Source of the DNA: Candidatus Cloacimonadales bacterium
GTDB taxonomy: Bacteria > Cloacimonadota > Cloacimonadia > Cloacimonadales > JAFGVF01
Reading direction: 5' to 3'
DNA length: 64,000 nucleotides
Assembly (NCBI GenBank): GCA_963677495.2
Contig: CAXXOU010000001.1
Location: 96,001 to 160,000 of the forward strand
This document shows, piece after piece, positions 59,196 through 64,000 of the stretch. Each line of letters starts with the position of its first letter. Position 1 is the stretch's first letter. The translations under genes and the position numbers were made by a program. Below the pieces are notes generated by a model. That model saw nothing but the letters and a program-made list of their open reading frames with translations, was not told where the DNA came from and did no database searches.

Positions 59196-59639
59196 TTAAA
59201 ATGGAACATCATCATCAGTAATCTGAGTGTTTTTAGGTGCGCTATTATAGTTTGGTTCCTGAGGAGTAGTATTACTACTTTCAGGTCTTGGATTAGCTTT
59301 CAGGAACTGAATGCTATCAGCAACAATTTCTACACTCTTACGATTTTGATTATTCTTATCTGTATAAGTTCTAGTTTCGATTCTACCCTCTACTAATATT
59401 GGGTAACCTTTGCCTTTTCCATCGCATCTTTCAGCGAGTTTAGACCAAGCAACAACATCCATGAAATTAGCTTGTTCTCTCCATTCACCTGATGCTTGAT
59501 CGCGCCAAACACGATTAAAGGCAATTGAGAGGCGTGCAACGGGAGTACCACTAGGTGTATATCTTAGTTCCACATCGCGTGTGAGATGACCTGAGATCAT
59601 TACTTTGTTAATACGCGGGAATTTAAGATCCATAGCCAT
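59196..59639 (-). CDS. ssb: Single-stranded DNA-binding protein
   Basis: NKVMISGHLTRD.ELRYTPSG, C-terminal DDDVPF. Confidence 0.96.
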   Translation of the reverse strand: MAMDLKFPRINKVMISGHLTRDVELRYTPSGTPVARLSIAFNRVWRDQASGEWREQANFMDVVAWSKLAERCDGKGKGYPILVEGRIETRTYTDKNNQNRKSVEIVADSIQFLKANPRPESSNTTPQEPNYNSAPKNTQITDDDVPF

Positions 59640-59648
59640 GTTTCCTCC

Positions 59649-59939
59649 TTAGTTTTGTTCAAGTACTATGATGTTGAATCTGATAATCTGTTCTTTGAGT
59701 TTGTAGTTACGTTCTAATTCAGGAATCTTATTAGTGGCTAATAAGAAAGTATTTATATAATAATATCCTTGATTTTTCTTCTCAATTTCATAAGCAAGTT
59801 GTCTCTTGCCCCAATCGAGAGTTTCAAGGACTTCACCACCATTTGAAGTGATGAATTCAGTAATCGTTTGATTAACTGTGAGTGCATCGTCTTTTGAAAG
59901 TGCACCGTCAACTATAAGCATGCTTTCATACTTATTCAT
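59649..59939 (-). CDS. rpsF: 30S ribosomal protein S6
   Basis: YESM, WGKRQLAYEI, GYY. Confidence 0.96.
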   Translation of the reverse strand: MNKYESMLIVDGALSKDDALTVNQTITEFITSNGGEVLETLDWGKRQLAYEIEKKNQGYYYINTFLLATNKIPELERNYKLKEQIIRFNIIVLEQN

Positions 59940-60531
59940 TAAAATCCTCCTCTGGACTTACTGATCCCGACTTTTGGGTATCGGAATAGGCTAGTTTGTT
60001 TCTACTATAATAATCAACCATAGCTTGATAATCTTTCTGAATATAGATATCTAATAAATCTGTGACTATCGAGCTAACCTCTGAAATTTGTTCTATCTCA
60101 TCTTTTGAGAACTTATCAAGAACATATTTCTTCAATTCTGAAGTTGGGCTGTTGATACCAACTCTGATTCTAGGATAATCCATAGAACCATTTGATGCCT
60201 GAATCGATTTGAGACCATTGTGCCCACCTGCTGAACCTTTCTGACGGATACGAATCGTGCCCATTGGAAGGTTTATGTCATCAACAAGTACCATGAACTC
60301 ATCAATTCTAAAAGAAGTTCTAATAGATGTTAAAGCGTCACCGCTTAGATTCATATAAGTTCTTGGTTTTACAATCAGGCAATTGCGATACTCGATAAAC
60401 TCATATTTAGGTTTCTTCTTAAATTTAAGATCATGTTCCTTTGCAAAACGGTCTGCAATAATAAAACCGGCATTATGTCTTGTTTTCTTATATTTTAATC
60501 CAATATTACCAAGGCATATGATTAGTTTCAT
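59932..60531 (-). CDS. pth: Peptidyl-tRNA hydrolase
   Basis: LGNIG..TRHNAGF, KPRTYMNLSG, GGHNGLKS. Confidence 0.96.
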   Translation of the reverse strand: MKLIICLGNIGLKYKKTRHNAGFIIADRFAKEHDLKFKKKPKYEFIEYRNCLIVKPRTYMNLSGDALTSIRTSFRIDEFMVLVDDINLPMGTIRIRQKGSAGGHNGLKSIQASNGSMDYPRIRVGINSPTSELKKYVLDKFSKDEIEQISEVSSIVTDLLDIYIQKDYQAMVDYYSRNKLAYSDTQKSGSVSPEEDFNE

Positions 60532-60566
60532 TAAATCACTCTATCCCACTATTTCTTGTGTTGAAC

Positions 60567-61178
60567 TTATTCAACAACAGCTTCTACTGCTTCCTCTTCA
60601 TCAGTTTCTTCTTCTTCGTCACTTGCTGTCTTAGGAGCATGTACGATTACTAAAGCAACGTCATCAGAAAGTTCAAAACGAACATTCTCAATTTTAATTT
60701 CAGCAACATTAATTGAATCACCTATATTAAGAGAAGATACATCTACTGAGATAGCCTCTGGGATATCTTTTGGTAAACAATGTGCTGTAATCTTTCTAAT
60801 AAGAACATCAAGTTCACCACCAAGAGCTTCACCAGCTGCTTCCCCAACATAATTGATTGGGATATCAATGGTAATTGCTGTACCTGGATGTAGCTCTAAG
60901 AAATCTACATGCAAGATCTCTCTAGAAACTGGATGAATTTGACGTGATTTGATAATAGTATGAATTTCCTTACCATCTACATTGATATGGAATAATGCAG
61001 TGTCACCAATACTCTTCTTATAGCTTTTCATAAAGCTAACTTTGTCGAGTGTGATGTGCTTCGCATCTTCTCCACCACCGTAGATAACAGCAGGAATTCT
61101 CCCACTTTTACGTAGGTCTTTCGCAACAGATTTCTTGTTGGAAATAGTACGTTGATCGGCATTGATTTTGAGAATCAT
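60567..61178 (-). CDS. rplY: 50S ribosomal protein L25/CTC
   Basis: LRKSGRIPAVIYG, QIHPV..HVDF. Confidence 0.95.
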   Translation of the reverse strand: MILKINADQRTISNKKSVAKDLRKSGRIPAVIYGGGEDAKHITLDKVSFMKSYKKSIGDTALFHINVDGKEIHTIIKSRQIHPVSREILHVDFLELHPGTAITIDIPINYVGEAAGEALGGELDVLIRKITAHCLPKDIPEAISVDVSSLNIGDSINVAEIKIENVRFELSDDVALVIVHAPKTASDEEEETDEEEAVEAVVE

Positions 61179-61196
61179 ATGATTTCCTCCATTTCG

Positions 61197-62144
61197 TTAT
61201 CTAAATAATATACTGAGGGATTCCTCAATATGGATTTTTTTAATTGCCATCGCTAACATTTCAGCAATAGACAACTGGACTATTTTATTACACTTCTCCT
61301 TTTCGGGAGTAAGAGGGATAGAATTTGTTATATAGAGTTTGTCTATAGGAGAGTTCTCTAGGTTTTCAATAGCTTTACCGGATAAAACTCCATGTGCACA
61401 AGCTGCTATTACTTTTTTAGCACCTTTAGCTTTCACTGCAGCTGCTACTTTACACATACTTCCACCTGTATCGATGATATCATCAAACAGTATCGCTACT
61501 TTCCCATCAACATCACCAATAATATTCTGTAATACAGCATTATCATCATTTCCAGTCCTTCTTTTATCTCCAATCGCCAGATTGCATTCAAGCCTTTCTG
61601 CAAATGAACGGGCTCTATTGGCCCCTCCAGAATCTGGAGATACTACGACTAGATCCTCACTTTTAAACTGCTGTTTAAAATATCTAGCAAATAAGGGTGC
61701 AGACATTAAATGATCTACAGGGATATTGAAAAATCCTTGAATTTGATCAGCATGTAGATCCATGGTTGCAATACGACTAGCTCCGGCAACAGTTATCAAA
61801 TCAGCGACTAACTTAGCTGTGATAGGTACTCTAGGTTGATCTTTCTTATCTGATCTAGCGTATGCAAAATATGGCATCACACATGTTATTCTATTTGCTG
61901 ATGCTCTGCGTAATGCATCAATCATAATGAGTAATTCCATGAGATTATCGTTTACTGGTGCACAGGTTGGCTGAAGAATAAAAACATCAGCTCCTCTAAC
62001 ATTATCCTTTATCTTTGCAAATGATTCATCGTTAGAAAACTTAAACAAATCGACCTTAGTCAAAGGCACTCCTGAGAACTCTGATACTTCTTTAGCAAGC
62101 TTCATGTTAGCATTTCCAGCTATCAATTTCATTCTAGAATACAT
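61197..62144 (-). CDS. prs: Ribose-phosphate pyrophosphokinase
   Basis: PYFAYARSDKK, DLHADQIQGFF, VSPDSGG, DDIIDTGG. Confidence 0.97.
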   Translation of the reverse strand: MYSRMKLIAGNANMKLAKEVSEFSGVPLTKVDLFKFSNDESFAKIKDNVRGADVFILQPTCAPVNDNLMELLIMIDALRRASANRITCVMPYFAYARSDKKDQPRVPITAKLVADLITVAGASRIATMDLHADQIQGFFNIPVDHLMSAPLFARYFKQQFKSEDLVVVSPDSGGANRARSFAERLECNLAIGDKRRTGNDDNAVLQNIIGDVDGKVAILFDDIIDTGGSMCKVAAAVKAKGAKKVIAACAHGVLSGKAIENLENSPIDKLYITNSIPLTPEKEKCNKIVQLSIAEMLAMAIKKIHIEESLSILFR

Positions 62145-63010
62145 TATTCACCATTTAGTGTTTCTGTTGCGTATGTCCAATAACCATACCTATTTTTAAA
62201 CAATTCTGAAGCTCTTAACAGCTCTTTTCGACTTGAAAACAGTCCAAAGCATGTTGCTCCACTCCCACTCATCATTGATTTTATGGCACCAAGAGCCTTA
62301 AGCTCATTAATAATCTCACTTATCTCAATATACTTTCTGGTTACACCAGATTCCAAATCATTAGAGAAGTCTCCAATGTTCAAAGACTTTGTAACATCCA
62401 ACAAACTAGGAGTCGAGAAATTTCCTTCTCTTAAGTCATACCCCTCTTTAGCGGATATTTCTATGCCTGGATTCACAAGAAGTATATTCTTCCATTCAAA
62501 CTCTTTTATAGCAACAATTTTTTCACCTCTACCTGTTCCGATAGCTGTGTTAACTCCATCTATAAAAAAGTTCAAATCACTTCCAAACATAGAAGCGATT
62601 CTATGTAAATTTTGTTTAGAGATCTTTAAATCCCATAAGTCATTTAGCGCTAATAGTGCTGTAGCAGCATTACTACTGCCACCTGCTAAACCTGCTGCTA
62701 CAGGGATTTCTTTCAAAATAGAAATATCAATCCCAAGCTGAACGTTATAAATATCTTTAAGATACATAGCTACTTTATGAACTATATTCTTGTCTCCATT
62801 GAGATAAGCTATGTTAGACACAACATTTACCTCTCCGTTTTCTGTCAATTTAAAAGTTAGCTTATCAGATAGTGATACTCTTGAGAAAATTGTCTCTATA
62901 ATATGAAAGTTGTCGGGATATTTCCCGACAACCTTTAATATCAAATTAATTTTTGCGTAAGAATTTATTGAGACCTTTTTTCTTATGCTTATTCGGTGCT
63001 TGTTCGCCAT
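62144..63010 (-). CDS. ispE: 4-diphosphocytidyl-2-C-methyl-D-erythritol kinase
   Basis: AKINL.L.V, H.IET, IPVAAGLAGGSSNAA, GSD, NDLE, MMSGSG; start placed at ATG 63010 (uncertain), overlapping wzc. Confidence 0.92.
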   Translation of the reverse strand: MANKHRISIRKKVSINSYAKINLILKVVGKYPDNFHIIETIFSRVSLSDKLTFKLTENGEVNVVSNIAYLNGDKNIVHKVAMYLKDIYNVQLGIDISILKEIPVAAGLAGGSSNAATALLALNDLWDLKISKQNLHRIASMFGSDLNFFIDGVNTAIGTGRGEKIVAIKEFEWKNILLVNPGIEISAKEGYDLREGNFSTPSLLDVTKSLNIGDFSNDLESGVTRKYIEISEIINELKALGAIKSMMSGSGATCFGLFSSRKELLRASELFKNRYGYWTYATETLNGE

Positions 63011-63998
63011 AATAGTAATAATAATAATAGTAGTAATAATAGTTATGTTTGTATTTTGAGTAGTACTTTTGTGTGTAAATTCCATTCACTACTACACCGT
63101 TAATAAATTCATCGACATTTTTAAAGAGCTCTTTTGTTCTTTGGAATACCTGCTTTTCAGTTTTTCCGATTCGAATAACTATAATCTTCATATCTACTTT
63201 CTTAGCTAAGATCATCGCATCGGTTACAGCCACTACTGGAGGTGTATCGAAAACAATATAATCATATTCCTCTTTTAATGCAGCTAACAGTTTATCCATG
63301 TTTGGTGAAGATATCAATTCAGCTGGGTTTGGTGGTATAAAACCACTTGTAAACACATCTAAATTGTTAACATCAGTTTGCTTCACATATTTGCTTAGGG
63401 TATAGTCATCCTCAATAAGCATATCACTGATTCCTATCTCTTTCTCTAATCCAAATTTCTGATGAACAGTTGGCCTTCTTAAATCAAGGTCAATAAGACA
63501 AACTTTTGTGTTCATATTAGCAAAAGTTATTGCAAGATTTGATGCAGTTGTTGATTTACCCTCTTTCGGCCCAGAGCTTGTAACTAAAAGTGTGAGAGAA
63601 CCTTCATGCTTCTTCTTTGACATGATATTAGTTCTAAGTGTCCTATAGGATTCTGCAACTGGAGATTTTGGAGAATAGTGGGCAATTAAATTACCACCAA
63701 TATATGCTAAATTCTTTTGGAGCTGAACTTTGTTTTCCCCTTCAGCTTTTTCTATCATCTTTGTCATCTCAGTAAGTTGCGTTTCAGATTCATGAATCAT
63801 TGGAATCGTTCCTAAGACAGGCAACTTAACATGAGTATAGATATCTTCAATTGTTTTCAACTTTGTATCAAGCGTATGAATTAAGAATGCCAATCCAAAA
63901 CCTGCACCTAACCCCATAACAATACCTATAAGAAAACTTTTTCTCTTATCTGGTTTTATTGGAACAACAGGCAATTCTGCCTCTTCAATTATTCTAAC
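62946..63998 (-). CDS. Wzc/CpsD-type polysaccharide export tyrosine kinase (5' end outside window)
   Basis: TM segment, AESYRTLRTN, TSSGPKEGKST, IDLDLRRP, FDTPP, C-terminal Tyr cluster. Confidence 0.93.
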   Translation of the reverse strand, partial: VRIIEEAELPVVPIKPDKRKSFLIGIVMGLGAGFGLAFLIHTLDTKLKTIEDIYTHVKLPVLGTIPMIHESETQLTEMTKMIEKAEGENKVQLQKNLAYIGGNLIAHYSPKSPVAESYRTLRTNIMSKKKHEGSLTLLVTSSGPKEGKSTTASNLAITFANMNTKVCLIDLDLRRPTVHQKFGLEKEIGISDMLIEDDYTLSKYVKQTDVNNLDVFTSGFIPPNPAELISSPNMDKLLAALKEEYDYIVFDTPPVVAVTDAMILAKKVDMKIIVIRIGKTEKQVFQRTKELFKNVDEFINGVVVNGIYTQKYYSKYKHNYYYYYYYYYYYGEQAPNKHKKKGLNKFLRKN

Positions 63999-64000
63999 AT

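Noticed and set aside
2354..62741. Numerous short ORFs antisense to or nested in long genes (e.g. 9338-9745, 50839-51327, 54303-54821, 62283-62741)
   Set aside because: Shadow ORFs of well-supported genes, with no motifs or RBS.
63011..63085. N-terminal extension of ispE (MEFTHKST..ITIIITTIIIITI)
   Set aside because: It is the alternative-frame reading of the wzc poly-Tyr codons, not a plausible IspE sequence.

Overview
A low-GC bacterial chromosome segment from a diderm anaerobe, probably Cloacimonadota. That placement is my inference from the kdd-kamA-kamB lysine-fermentation genes, a secreted GLUG protein with a C-terminal FlgD-Ig/sorting domain and outer-membrane barrels. Most of the window is housekeeping: polA, gpsA, dapA, yggS, queH, ogt, recG, a DinG-like helicase, addAB-like genes, pit, ffh, rpe, rplI/rpsR/ssb/rpsF/pth/rplY/prs/ispE and a partial wzc. 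It also holds a poly-gamma-glutamate locus (pgsB-pgsC-pgsW plus a secreted protein and a beta-barrel), a complete IS21-family element with an 8-bp target duplication, and several intergenic mosaics of palindromic and 11-bp-periodic repeats. The standout is at 8710-10579. Three tandem, translationally coupled paralogs, truncated in the ORF track, each encode a signal peptide followed by an in-frame UGA. Each UGA is followed by a stem-loop whose tetraloop begins exactly 23 nt after the last base of the UGA, although the stem sequences differ. This looks like an unrecognised family of secreted selenoproteins with bacterial SECIS elements. Homopolymer single-base frameshifts in recG, istA and istB may be assembly errors. 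I found no CRISPR array, tRNA or rRNA.
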